DNA from: Macrostomum lignano
Taxonomy: Eukaryota
Direction of reading: 5' to 3'
Length of the DNA stretch: 64,000 nt
Assembly (NCBI GenBank): GCA_002269645.1
Contig: NIVC01001388.1
Span: 186,001 to 250,000 of the forward strand
The notes beneath the pieces were generated by a model. The model saw only the letters and a program-made list of their open reading frames with translations. It had not been told where the DNA came from and did not search any database. Shown one piece after another: positions 29,032 through 42,500 of this stretch. Each line of letters opens with the position of its first letter. The first letter of the stretch is position 1. A program made the position numbers and the translations under genes.

Positions 29032-29194
29032 CGTACTAATGTATGTACACCGTACACGGTACATTACATAATGTTCGCATAGTGCCTTATCTCAATGGTG
29101 CATAGCCGGATGGGGTGGACGCTTCACTAGAGGTTAGACTACTACGAGCCCTAGTCCAGCAATGATAACTCTAGCTGTCATATTGTCTGTTCCG

Positions 29195-29530
29195 TTTTCA
29201 GAATCGGTTCCAGAACCGTGTTCTGGTTCTGGAATTTGGATCGATAAATTTTCTCGATCCGTTGTCATGTTTACATTTTAACAGTAAAATAGATTTGAAA
29301 TCGTCAATTTTTTATTATTGGTATATAATTAGGCCTATTCCGTTTTGGCAATTTTCCTTTTCCGTTTTTGTCATATCCAAGAACTTGGCAAGAAGGAACG
29401 AAGTCAAGGAAAGACAAAATTAAATTGTAAAGACTGTCAAACAAAATGCGTTCGAAGTTTTTCATTTTCCTACCAATTCTGGTTCTGGAATCGGAGTTAT
29501 TCTGGTTCTAGAACAGATCTTCGTGAAACG
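29195..29530. repeat. Dispersed ~330-bp repeat; second copy at about 38510-38850
   Basis: Colinear similarity, e.g. CCGTTGTCATGTTTACA and GACAAAATTAAATTGTAAAGACTGTCAAAC, with GGTTCT(A/G)GAA motifs. Confidence 0.8.
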
Positions 29531-30395
29531 CGGCAAAAGCCTATTAGTAGGCCTAGTATTAGTATAGATCATCTTGAAGAATTAGCTAATTAAATCTGCT
29601 AATTAAAATAGTGCCATTTCTGATATAAGTAAATCAAAATTCAAACTATACTTTTAAATAAAACACTTTTTTATTTTACAGCGTTTACAATTACCTTAAA
29701 TACCAGGTTAATAACATTTCTTAAGCTGTTTGGTAAATACTTAAACTTTTAAAAGCGAAAATTTTCGCTTTTGTTGCAATTTAAATACTCCGTCTCCAAT
29801 GCAGTATCAAGCGCAGCCATGCAGAAGAAGATTTCGTACTATAACTCTGTCAGTCGGACTGCCGTAGGGCCATGCGCACAGTAAAATAATCTGTTCATTC
29901 GATTTCTAAAAGTTTGCATAAGAGAGTTTGTTTCGTTTGCCTGTATTTGACTAATCTTTGACGATACAAGCTAAAATTAAAATAATAAAGGTGAAGGACA
30001 TCGCAATTCTTCGCAAAACAGAAGTAAGTACCTCTACAATATTCTACCACCACGCTAGCTTTGGGAGGCCCAGAAATCCTATAGTATTCGTATTTGTGCA
30101 ACCATCAGTAATCAAATATCTTACTCATTAATATTAAATACTTTAAAATGTGATCAGTATACTGAGAGTCCAGGTTTCTGACAGCTTCTGCATGGGTACT
30201 AAAAATGCATGCACACTTGATATTAGCCTAAAGTCACAAAATTTTAGAGGATACAATTTCTGTAGGATGCTTGTTGGTCAATCATAGGTGGACGATAAAG
30301 AAAAAAGTAATTAAAAGTATAGTCTGATCAAAGTCCATTTTAAAAGCTTTCTTAATTACTTAATTTTACTCCCATTTTTAGATACCAAACAAACT

Positions 30396-33300
30396 ATGGC
30401 CGAAGGTATGGACGATGAAAATCTAATCCAGTTTCCACTTGAAGCGCTGCAGCAAATGTTTGAACAGCTCGGAGGTCTGCCACCAGTGGCTCCTATTCCT
30501 ATCGTGCAAAGGCCTGACGAGTGGCACCCTGACAGAATTCAATTCAGCATCAGCAGCTACGGACCAAGCTGTGTAGCCCGTATTCTGTCAGATCTGCGCA
30601 ATCTCATGCCAGAGGAGCGCCGCCCTGGTGCCGATGTGTTTCCCAACGAGAACGACACTTCTCGAATCGACTACCTGATCCGCGGCCAACCCGACACGCC
30701 GTACGAAGGCGGCTTCTTTCATTTTGCTGTTCGCGCGCCACCAGAATATCCGGAAAAGTAAATATGATAATTATTACCATTTTTATCGGGGCATTGTACC
30801 GTGTGTTTTTGTAGCTGTTTAACGTATACAGTTCCGCAAAAAAACTTTGGCCATAAACAGCAGCAGCGTCGCAGGTTGCACTCCTCAGATACCCAAATGA
30901 AAGGAGACAAACCATAAGCTCGATGAATGACAGGAGCTCACCTTTTGCCACCTCTTGGATATAGCATCCACTATTAGCCGAATAGACAGGAACAGGGGCG
31001 CTCACAAAGAGAGACAGGAGCGCCAATCATTAGACAGGGACGCCAAGCATGAGACAGGGGCGCCAGGCATAAGACAGGGGCGCCAAGCATAAGACCGGTG
31101 GCGCCAAGCATAAGACAGGGGCGCCAAGCATAAGACAGGGGCGCCAAGCATAAGACAGGGGCGCCAAGCATGAAGCAGGGGCGCCAAGCATAAGACAGGG
31201 GCGCCAAGCATGAAACAGGGGCGCCAAGCATAAGACAGGGGCGCCAAGCATGAGACAGGGGCGCCAAGCATAAGACAGGGGCGCCAAGCATGAGACAGGG
31301 GCGCCAAGCATAAGACAGGGGCACCAAGCATGAGCCACGGGCGCCAAGCATGAGACAAGGGCGCCCACTAAGAGAGACAGGGGCGCCAAGCATGAAACAG
31401 GGGCGCCAAGCATGAAACAGGGGCGCCAAGCATGAGACAGGGGCGCCAAGCATGAGACAAGGGCGCCCACTAAGAGAGACAGGGGCGCCAAGCATGAGAC
31501 AGGGGCGCCCATCAAGAGAGACAGAAGCGCCAAGCATGAGACAGGGACGCCAAGCATGAGACAGGGGCGCCAAGCATGAGACAGGGGCGCCAAGCATGAG
31601 ACAAGGGCGCCCACTAAGAGAGACAGGGGCGCCAAGCATGAGACAGGGGCGCCCATCAAGAGAGACAGAAGCGCCAAGCATGAGACAGAAGCGCCAAGCA
31701 TAAGACAGGGGCGCCAAGCATAAGACAGGAGCGCCAAGCATGAGACAGGGGCGCCCACAAAAATACCAATATTGGCGCCCCTTATTCGATTCCAGTCTAG
31801 CTGCTAAACTACTATAAGGAAGTGCACATGTTAAAAAAACATGACGACTGCCCGCTACAAGAAAGTTTAACAACTTTGAGAAATTCATTAAGAATTCTAA
31901 ATGGAGGATGCATTTCCAATATTATTTGACTAGAGCACCGATTCAATATAATGTACATGTAAAGGAAAATGTATGTCTAAATGCGCATTTTTTGTTAGCT
32001 CCTACATTATATCAGGTTACTACGACCGTATCAGTGCTCGAACGGTGTCGAGACAGGATAAGACAGGATCTCATGACAAGCCGAGACGGCATCTCAGGAC
32101 AAGTTGGGATAGGATCTCTCATGATCAGGACAAGTTGGGATAGGACCTCTCATGATCAGGACAAGTCGGGATAGGACCTCTCATGATCAGGACAAGTCGG
32201 GATAGGACCTCTCATGATCAGGACAAGTTGGGATTGGATCTCTCATGATCAGGACAAGTTGGGATAGGATCTCTCATGATCAGGACAAGTTGGGATAGGA
32301 TCTCTCATGATCAGGACAAGTTGGGATAGGACCTCTCATGATCAGGACAAGTTGGGATAGGATCTCTCATGATCAGGACAAGTTGGGATAGGATCTCTCA
32401 TGATCAGGACAAGTTGGGATAGGATCTCTCATGATCAGGACAAGTTGGGATAGGATCTCTCATGATCAGGACAAGTTGGGATAGGATCTCTCATGATCAG
32501 GACAAGTCGGGATAGGATCTCTCATGATCAGGACAAGTTGGGATAGGATCTCTCATGATCAGGACAAGTCGGGATAGGATCTCTCATGATCAGGACAAGT
32601 TGGGATAGGATCTCTCATGATCAGGACAAGTTGGGATAGGACCTCTCATGATCAGGACAAGTCGGGATAGGACCTCTCATGATCAGGACAAGTTGGGATA
32701 GGATCTCTCATGATCAGGACAAGTTGGGATAGGATCTCTCATGATCAGGACAAGTTGGGATAGGATCTCTCATGATCAGGACAAGTCGGGATAGGATCTC
32801 TCATGATCAGGACAAGTTGGGATAGGATCTCTCATTGAAACGAAAAATTTATATATGGGGTTTTCCCATATTATCGTTTCCTTCTGCCAACAGTTCAGGA
32901 AGACAACGAACAATGGACCTGATGGTAACTTTCTCTGTGTGATCTCTAGAGTCACATTCTCAAACTTCAGGCGAGGATCTTTCCTCTTCAATCAGTATAT
33001 TTTATAAGCTAGCACACTGTACGCGAGCAACGAGGAATAGGAGCAGTAGGGAGAGAGAGTGGGATTTCGAGGCCCAATAGGCAGTGTCGGTCAGAGGTTG
33101 TGCATGCATCACGCGAGGGTCGCATGGCTGGGCTTCTTGCTCGCCGATCATCAGGACTATTTTTAGGCATGCAGATCTTGTGCATCTGGGGAGTTGCTGC
33201 CAAGGCTGGATGCTTGTTCACGCATCACGCGCGTGTCGGCTGATTTCTCCCATCCTCTTGCTAACGGCGCCTTCGTTTCACTTCAGTCGCTCTTTTTTCA

Positions 33301-35395
33301 GGGAAGCGAGGCCCTCCGAGCTCTGTTGAAAATAAGCTTGGAGCAATGATGACATGGCGTACAGTTGTGCATTTGCTTGCGATTCGCAGTCCCACTTGGT
33401 AACTTGCAGTTGAGTTGATGTTGTTGAAACACGAAACTTGGTCAAGGGGCAAAGTGAACTTGTGACAACAGTGGATGAATTGTACCAGCATATCCTCTTG
33501 ACTATTTAATCAGATCTGAGAGGGGGATTGACGTGAACTCGGAAACTCGACAAATTGAATGGGCTTTTCGATGCCCTAAATAGTGACGCAAATAGGACTG
33601 GACACGGAGACTCGACAAATTGAAACAGCGTCTGGTAGACAGTCAGATCGGGATGCTGGCTGAAGGTACATTGCAGTTAAATAGGACGTCGAAAAATACC
33701 GTCTTGACCAAATTGATTGTGTAGATCTCTCAACGAGAGTTTCTTCTTGGAAGGGTAAACTGCGTCGCTTCTTGATCTTCGTCCATTGGTCTTATCTAGT
33801 TCGAAGTTTTCCTTTACTGAAGGCAGGAAAGTCTCAGTTCTCGATTTACTCGGATGGCTGTGGAAGACATGCAGCAGAGCGATAACTGCATGGTGTCTGA
33901 GACTTCCGTCTAGCGGTGACTCACGCGGTCAGTGGAACCAATTGAAACGAAAAATTATATAGCTTTTTCCCATATTATAATCGTTTCCTTCTGCCAACAG
34001 TTCAGGAAGACAACGAACAATGGACCTGATGGTAACTTTCTCTGTGTGATCTCTAGAGTCACATTCTCAAACTTCAGGCGAGGATCTTTCCTCTTCAATC
34101 AGTATATTTTATAAGCTAGCACACTGTACGCGAGCAACGAGGAATAGGAGCAGTAGGGAGAGAGAGTGGGATTTCAAGGCCCAATAGGCAGTGTCGGTCA
34201 GAGGTTGTGCATGCATCACGCGAGGGTCGCATGGCTGGGCTTCTTGCTCGCCGATCATCAGGACTATTTTTAGGCATGCAGATCTTGTGCATCTGGGGAG
34301 TTGCTGCCAAGGCTGGATGCTTGTTCACGCATCACGCGCGTGTCGGCTGATTTCTCCCATCCTCTTGCTAACGGCGCTTTCGCTTCACTTCATCATGATC
34401 AGGACAAGTTGGGATAGGATCTCTCATGATCAGGACAAGTCGGGATAGGATCTCTCATGATCAGGACAAGTCGGGACGGGATCTCAGGACAAGTTGGGAC
34501 GGGGATAGATCTCGAGATACGATATCCCGTCCGAGGACTGCAGGCTCCAATAAATATATGTGCAGTCAGCGTACATGCACATCAGGGGTCGGCTTTTACC
34601 TCAAGGATCCCATAAATAATCTAGCTAGAATCTAGAATAAAGAATCTAGAGGAAAGATCGATGAGAGGCGAGAGGAGAGAGAAGAGAGTAGAAAGGAGAG
34701 AGGGATGAGGAGAGAAGAGAGCTGAGAAGAGACGCAAACTTTGATCGAGTCTGGTTGCTATTGTAATTTTTTAAAGGACTTCAAAGGGAGTCACAGACTT
34801 CGACTAAAGTATTATGTAGCGCATATTACATAAAAACTTCGCCAGGCCGCCTCGAGTAGCCCTCATAACCACTGGCCGCGGCACAGTGCGATTCAATCCG
34901 AACTTCTACGAGAACGGCTGCGTCTGTCTCAGCATCCTGGGCACCTGGCTCGGCAACGCCTGGGAACCCACTCACACATTGGCTAACGTGCTGCACTCGC
35001 TGCAAGCTCGTTTCAACGAAATGCCGTGGGATAACGAGCCCGAATTCGATCAGAACCAGCTGCGAGAGTGGAAACAACTGTACAGCGACTTTCTCAGCCA
35101 CGAGACCCTGCGGGTGGCGGTTTGCGACCAGCTGGACCCGATGCGGTCGCCTCTGCCTGATGAGATGCGCCGCAGGGCGGCAAAGCATTTCGTCCGCGAC
35201 TTTGAGCGCTATGTTGCTCGGTGCAATGAGCTGAGACACCGACTGGACGGCAAGCCGATGATGAATCCGTACCAGCCCTGGGTGCGCAATCGGCCGTTCA
35301 ACTTTGAGCAGATTGGTCAGCGAATTCGCAGCCTGCTAGACAGTGCTCGGAGGGACGCTGAGGCGGATGCAGCTGCAGAGGCTGCTGACGACTGA
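30396..35395 (+). CDS. UBE2Z: Ubiquitin-conjugating enzyme E2, UBE2Z/BIRC6-type, 303 aa; exons 30396-30757 and 34846-35395
   Basis: DTPYEGGFF, PPRV.L.TTG..TVRFNPNFY.NG.VCLSILGTW (catalytic Cys intact) and NEP; AA|GT...AG|G junction keeps the frame (912 nt). Confidence 0.85.
31020..31760. repeat. Minisatellite, 21-bp unit
   Basis: GGCGCCAAGCATAAGACAGGG repeated. Confidence 0.95.
32085..34510. repeat. 31-bp minisatellite (about 32085-32835 and 34393-34510) split by an LTR element
   Basis: GATCAGGACAAGTTGGGATAGGATCTCTCAT repeated on both sides of the insertion. Confidence 0.9.
32836..34392 (-). mobile_element. Non-autonomous LTR retrotransposon (TRIM-like), complete
   Basis: Two 450-bp TG...CA LTRs (32836-33285 and 33943-34392); 4-bp TSD TCAT (32832-32835 and 34393-34396); PBS TGGTTCCACTGACCG at 33940-33926; PPT GAAAAAAGAG at 33299-33290; 657-bp non-coding interior. 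Confidence 0.92.
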
Positions 35396-36197
35396 GAAGA
35401 TTGAACTCAGATAATGAGATCTCTGGCAGGAGGGTCAGACACGTTCATTTACATGTAATTAAGACATTCTGTTCCCCATGATTTCTTACAGTAAGTTATA
35501 CAATTTACTTGGGTAAGCCCTTGATGTTTAAAAACCTAATTAACTCGATTATTCGATAAAAGCATGCACGCACTCGAAAAAATATAGAAATAAAATTTCA
35601 GGGTGAAATTACCCCTCAAGTTACCCATATTCGTCGCAATTCGTCGATTGCTAATTTTGTTAACCAAATTTTTATTAAGATTCAATATTTGATATTATAT
35701 AACGATGCATCATGCGTGTACACAAACGATACTGTACTGACGTTGGCACGTCCTGCATGGGCCCCCACTAACTTTTGCGCAACCTTTCCCTGTGATTCCT
35801 GCGATGACTCATGTTATCGCCCACCCCACTCCCCCGCGTACCAACCCAACCTCCTTTCTAGCTTTTCTCGCCTGTTACGTAATCCCCCATCATAAATCAT
35901 TTTTCTCCGCTGCGCCCCACCCCAATTTCTCGCCCAATCACAGCGCGGCTTACGAGTAACATAATTAGGATTGCTTGATAACTGAGGTCAATGACAAGTC
36001 ACAGCCTTCAATATCACGCATTACGCTCACGCTCACCGAGGGATCACAGGACTTTAAAGTAAGAGACTGCATGTTTTGAGCCCTGAGCTGCACTTTTCTA
36101 CTTTCCGTTTTCGCTTTGCTTTTCTTTCCACTTTCGGCGTTACCGCTTCCTTCCCCTTCTCATTCCGTTTCCTCACGGACCCTTTGGAGCTGTAACA

Positions 36198-36420
36198 ATG
36201 TACCGCTCGGCGGAGCCCCTTCTCCTTTTCAATAAATCAGCTGCTGTTGCTGTTTCAACACCGGACGGCCTATCGGACTTCTTTGAGACATCCTCCGGGG
36301 TGCTTCAGGGAGATACGCTTGCGCCAATCCTGTTCGTTCTGGTGCTTGACTGGGTGCTGCGGACCGCTCTTCCTACCAACGACGATGGCTTTCTGTTGCG
36401 GCGACGCAGGGGTGTCGGAG
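36198..36420 (+). pseudogene. Reverse-transcriptase fragment of an RTE-like non-LTR retrotransposon
   Basis: SGVLQGDTLAPILFVLVLDWVLR is the RT QG-motif region; it is cut off by a GA-rich repeat. Confidence 0.8.
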
Positions 36421-36775
36421 AGGCGAAGGAGAGGAGAGGAAAGAGGTGAGATGAGAGGAGAGTAGAGAGGTGAGGAGATGAGAGGAGAGGAGAGGAGAGA
36501 ATTGAGGAGAGGTGAGGAGATGAGAGGAAAGGAGAGAATTGAGGAGAGGTGAGGAGATGAGAGGAAAGGAGAGAGGTGAGATGTGAGGAGAGGAGAGAGG
36601 TGAGGAGATGAGAGGAGGGGAGAGAGGTCAGGAGAGGTGAGGAGATGAGAGGAAAGGAGAGAGGATAGGAGAGGAGATAGGTGAAGAGATGAGACGAGAG
36701 AAGAGGAGAGGAGAGGAGAGAAGAGGAGAATATGAGAAGAGAGAGAGAGGTGAGGGAAGAGAGCTGAGAAGAGAC
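36420..36775. repeat. GA-rich low-complexity repeat
   Basis: GAGAGGTGAGGAGATGAGAG-type units. Confidence 0.9.
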
Positions 36776-37165
36776 ACAAACCCTGAGCGGGCAGGATTAC
36801 TATTGTGAAGATTCAAAGGACCCAAGGGCCGGATAGAGAGGCTTAGCGGGCCACATTTGGCCTTCAGGCCGGAGTTTGCCAACCCCTGTTTTAGTATTTA
36901 GCCCTTTTACTTTGGCATCCCTGATCCAACTTCCGAGTCCGCCGCAATCCCAAGACTCAAACTGCTGCTGGCGCTGCAACTAAAAGCACTGAAATGCCGT
37001 CAGATAAAAGAACAAAAAAACAGCGCCAAGAGGAACTGAAGGAGGCAGCCAAGAGATTCAGAAAACTACTGGTCTTGCCCTGGCAATTTTCATTCATTTG
37101 AGGTATTTACTAAATAAATTGATAGTGCAGCGCCGTTGCGCAATGTTTGAATTAGTTGAAGATTT

Positions 37166-37714
37166 GCCTGGGCTGCCTTTCGTTCTGTGAGGGCAGTCCT
37201 GCAGTCCGAGTCCCTGCCTGACCGCCAGAGGGCGGCGCTGTTCCAGGCGGTGATTGAGACCGTCCTGCTGTACAACGCCGAGACCTGGACGCTGATGGAG
37301 TTGCTCGAGCAACAAGTTTGATGCGGCGCATGCTGGCCTGCTGTGCGCCGCCTTCAAGATCGGCTACGAGCGAGTGACCATACGCGCGGCTTTGTATCGC
37401 CGCGCCGGCCTGGTCCGTCCAAGCGACCTGTTGCGCCGTCGGCGACTCCAGCTGGCAGGCCACATCATCCGCGCCCGAGTCGTACTGCCCAGACAAGCTC
37501 TGTTTGTGCCCAGAGCCGGTGCAGGAGGTGCTGCTGCTGACCTTGCAGCACCCTACCGGCGGGGGCAGGCGCGCACAAGGCGCTTCGTCGACTGCCTGCT
37601 GGCTGACCTCGGCGCCCCGGATTCGGTCGACGGCGTGGCGTTCATTCGCGACCTGGCCTTGAGGTGCGCCTTGTGATGCTGAACGCGTATTCTGCTGTTG
37701 TTGTTGTTGTTGTG
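37166..37714 (+). mobile_element. 3' end of an RTE-like LINE with (TGT)n tail, frameshifted
   Basis: AWAAFRSV...VLLYNAETWTL and RRRRLQLAGHIIR are typical of the post-RT region; (TGT)n tail at about 37696-37714. Confidence 0.75.
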
Positions 37715-39562
37715 TTTTCAAGTCTGCCGCAATCCCATACTTAAACCGCTGCTAGCGCTGCAACCAAAATGACTAAAATGCCATCAGCTAAAAGAATAAC
37801 GCACAGCGCCAAGAGGAACTGAAGGAGGCAAAAGATTAAAAAAAGTAACTAATTGGTTTTGCCCCTGGAATTTTCATTCATTCGGGATATAATTCACTAA
37901 ATAAATTGATAGCTAGTGCAGTACAGTTGCACAATGTTTAGATCAGTTGAAAATTAGAGCATTTTCAGACTAACCAACATAGAATTGAACATTGGGCCTG
38001 GTTGTCAAAATGTTTCAAACTGACATAAAAGCAGGTTTAGGGTAGCCCTTAAATTACAAAAGATGTAATGCAATGTGTTCTCCCACCAAATAGCCCCCCA
38101 CTTTGAAAAATGTTCCGAAACCGCTGATTGTACGATCTCCAATCTAAAAGAACACATTTTTTTGTAAATTGAGCTTCAAAAGCTTAATTTAAACATAAGT
38201 AATTAATTCTTGGGGCGATTTACACATGCATTCTTGAGTGCTTGAGCATATACAGAATTGAGGACAAGCATCCGATTTTGCTGACATGAAAATTGTTACA
38301 TAAGTAGGTCCGTTGTATGTTGTACGTGTATCGTTCTGGTAAACCTTTTTGATTAGGATGAAAATATAATGGTTTATTATTTATAAAATATTCATTTTTT
38401 GGAGTGTTGCCAATAGTGTCCGATAAAAACGGTCTTTCAATGACAATGTCGACATATGTACAAAGGAGCCTCTAATTCATATCGCCCGCCGGTTCGAAAA
38501 ACGGAACCGGTTCCGAACCGGCTCGACGCTCTTCATATCGATGGTTCGAAAAACAGAATCAGTTCCGGAACATGGTTCTGGTTCTGGAATATGGTTCGAG
38601 AATTTTTCTCAAACCGTTGTCATGTTTACACTTTAACAGTAAAATATTTGAAATTGTCAATTTTTTATTATTGTTATATAATTATTCCGTTTTTTGTCAT
38701 ATCCAAGAGGAAATAAAGTCAAAGAACGACAAAATTAAATTGTAAAGACTGTCAAACATAAAATTGGTTCGAAGCTCCTCATTTCACACTGGTTCTGGTT
38801 CTAGAGTAGAACTCTAATTTATTCTGGTTCTAGAACCGATTGCCGTGAAGAGGCTCCAGGACTCGTTTAGGTGTTTTAAGAAAAACAAATACTTTGATTT
38901 TTTTCGCATCAAGTCTCTGTATTCTAAAATTTCTCTCCTAATCAAAGTTAAATTTATATATAAGTTAGTATCTTATTCATTTTAAAGTTTATTCACAGAA
39001 AAGTTTTATTATTTTATGTACATTAAAAATCGTTTTTATTAGAAACTCAAAACTATCATAACGTTTTCTGTACAGTACATGCACAGTTCGCTGATTGACA
39101 GCTGACGAAAGTGTATAAGTTATTGACTATTAGGCTTAGCTACTGCTGCTGCAAAACTAACTGTCTCTAGTTTTGCTGTATACTGTTGCTATGCTTGCTT
39201 CATGTAAAATTCAAGGAATTCGAACAAGTTTTTAATCACATTGCAAAAATTCGTTCTTGCCAGTACACCAACTGCGAAGACAACTGATGTAGCCATTGTA
39301 GGGTGGTGCTGCTTGCTTGCGTCCTGTTTCTACAACTGTTTATTAATCAATACAGCTTTTTGCGTGACCTTTGCACTTCTACTTTTAACATCTTAGCAGT
39401 CTGCTTGGCCTAGTAAAGTACAATTGACAATTTGACTGCTTAAACTAGATTACTAGAACAGAAGTCTAAAACAACAACAAGTGCTGACAGTCTCACAGAA
39501 AGCAACATAAGTATTTATTACTATTTTTAACTGTCCCTGGCTTTGAAGATCATAAATATATA

Positions 39563-42500
39563 ATGCTGTCCTGTTTCCCTTTTCGAAGTTGTCAGTCAGA
39601 TGCACAAAGTGTTGATAAGCGCCATTGTAATTTGCATTCTGTACCAAAGGAAGTCTTTAAAAGTTCTGAAACATTAGAAGAGTGTATATTGGATTCTAAT
39701 CAAATTACAGAACTTCCAAAAGTAAGTAGTAAAACTAGCAATTTTTCAAATGTTTTATTGTTATTTTTTTTTGATAATTAAAAAATTAAAACTAGACTTA
39801 GCATAACAAATACAGAATAGAATCTGTCTAAAATCTTAATTTTAATGAATTATTACTAGTATCTGTTCATATTTATATAATGAAAAGAAAGAATGACCAT
39901 TAGTATTACATATTTGTGGCTATTTATAGGCATAGTTAAAAAATAGCCTTTGTTTATGTTGCTAGGATTATTTCTATCTTCTAGAATAATCCCATGGCTG
40001 TCACCAGTCCAAAGTTGTAATAGGCCTTGGAAATCTTTTACTTTACTGTGTTTAATTAATTTAACCATTTTTTTATTGCTGCTTTTCTAAGTGATGCTTT
40101 TTTGCATTCTGCAGGTCGGACATGCCTAGGCATAGCCATCAACAAATTGGGCTCCATCCTGCCTTTGTAGCCACATGACTAGAGCCTTAAGGCATTGTTC
40201 ACATGCCTAAGAATTTTGCAGTAGCCTGTAGGTGGCCAGCCAGCAAATAGTTTGCTAGCTATTAGATGTCAGTAGTACAAGCTTGCGTAGTATGATGTCA
40301 ATGTCGCATAGCTCAGCTGCTAGCCTTAGATTGGCCTTGGGCACAATCGTAGTGGATGCAGAGGGCCTTCTAGCCATCAGTAAATTGGCTGAAATGAGAA
40401 AGAAAAGTGAAAAATAATTAAACACAGTAAAGTAAAAGATTGCCCAGGCCTCTTTCCTATACTATAAGAAATCTCACTGGTTAGCTACCAAGTTGTTATA
40501 GGTATTATAGTTTTTACTATAAATGACTTATTGCTATTATCAAAGGCTATTCTAATAGTTTTATGATGCTTATACTTTTACTATTTCCTATACATATATA
40601 TTACTGGTAGTGCAGCACATGTACCTTTATTGGTAGCCTATATACTTTTATTGGTAGCATATACTTTTACTAGTAGTATATGCATATACTCTAGAAGGTT
40701 ACATGTATGCCAGAAAATTATAGTATACAAATGACACCTTTCAAAGTTGGTATACAAACTTTGGCATACAAATTCATGCAAATATTTTTGGCATACAAAT
40801 TTTGATATACAAATTCATGCCAATTTTTTTGTCCATAAATTTTGGTGAATGAATTTATGCCATGCATGAAAATTATAATGTAAATTAATGCTTTTTGTAT
40901 AGTCTCATATATTTGTTTTCCTATAGTTTCATATTTTGTAAAAGAAAATTCGTATAGTCTATAAAGTTAGTGATTTACTTTTTGCTTTTGTAAATTCATT
41001 AATAAATAAAATTAGTAAAAGTTATTTAAAAAAATGTAAATTTTGCGTTTTATTTTTATAGGTATAGTTAAAGTTTGTTTAAAATGAAAATATTTGTAAT
41101 ATTTAAAAAATACTTTTTGTACAAAAGCCTTTCTTAGAAAACTCAACCCGTGAAAACCAAATTCATGACCATTTTTAGAAAAGTTCAAAGAAAATTAGTT
41201 GAGCTGTTTTTGCTAAAATTGATTGCATACCTAGATACTTAGATAGATACTGATAGACCATTTTTAGTTTTTAGAAGAGATTTTTGGCATACATTTTAGG
41301 GAAATTTTTTGTTTTAGCATACACTGGCATACATTTACCCAAGATACAATTCTTGTTCCGGCATACACTACTACATGATTTGGACCCTGGGTATATGCAT
41401 ATGTACTTTTAGCCTAAGCAGTCTAATAGCACTAAGCTTTTATTTCTATATCTTTCTAATCTACTCTTCTAAACAGTTTTCTTTCAGTCTAGGTGTTACT
41501 AGGATCAGAGAGTCACAGCTCGTTTGTTGGGTATTCTGCCTTAAGGTGGGTTCCTTAGACTCTAAGTCTAGGTTATCTATCCTTTGGTAGGTATTCTATC
41601 TTCTAAGGCAATTTCTCAGATTCTAAATTTGGATATCTCAATCTCTAAAAACAGATTGAATTCTCCCAATCTTGGGACTTTCTTATTCATCTATTATTCA
41701 AAATAAATAATGCAAAATACTTCCTGAGCCTGATTGATTTCATTTCAACTTAGTGAGTAAGTTAAGTTGAGTTGAAAGGTCGAAAGCAAGGAACGAGAAG
41801 AAAAGAAATTGTTTTTTCTCTTAGCCTTTAACTATCTCCTAAAAATTTATATTAAGGAAATTTATACTGAATTTTATATTAAATAATATAAAATAATAAT
41901 TATATAAAATTTAATATAAAATTAAATTAAACTATATAAAAAGTGGTGCAATCAAGGAATTTATTATAAAATAATAATATAAAATATAAAATTTGATATT
42001 AAATATTAAATAATTAAATAATTTAATATAAAATATAAAATATATTTAATATAAATAATATATAAATAATATAGTAAATTTTATATTAAAATTTTTATTG
42101 AAGGAAATTTATACTAAAATTTCCTTCATTTTTAAAAACAAAAGTACAATATATAGAATATACAGAGTATGCAAAATATTTTTAATATTAATACAGTATA
42201 ACAAACTAGTGTAATTTTAAAACAACATTCTTAGGAAACTAAAAATTATACTAAAAATTACTAAAAATATATGTATAATAAAAATTTCAGGTGTACAAAA
42301 GATTTTTAAGTTTGGTGTATATATTTTGGTATACTAATTTATATCAATTTTTGGCATATAAATTTTGGCATAAAAATGAAACAAATAATTGTATACTATA
42401 AAAAGTCAAAGATAAAAAGTTTATTTTTCATATTTTATTTTTTTAAAATAGTAGGCTCAACTATTTTTAGGCTATAATTTCATTTTTGTCTAGAATGATT

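Noticed and set aside
30974-31888. 304-aa and 242-aa minus-strand ORFs
   Set aside because: Translations of a 21-bp minisatellite.
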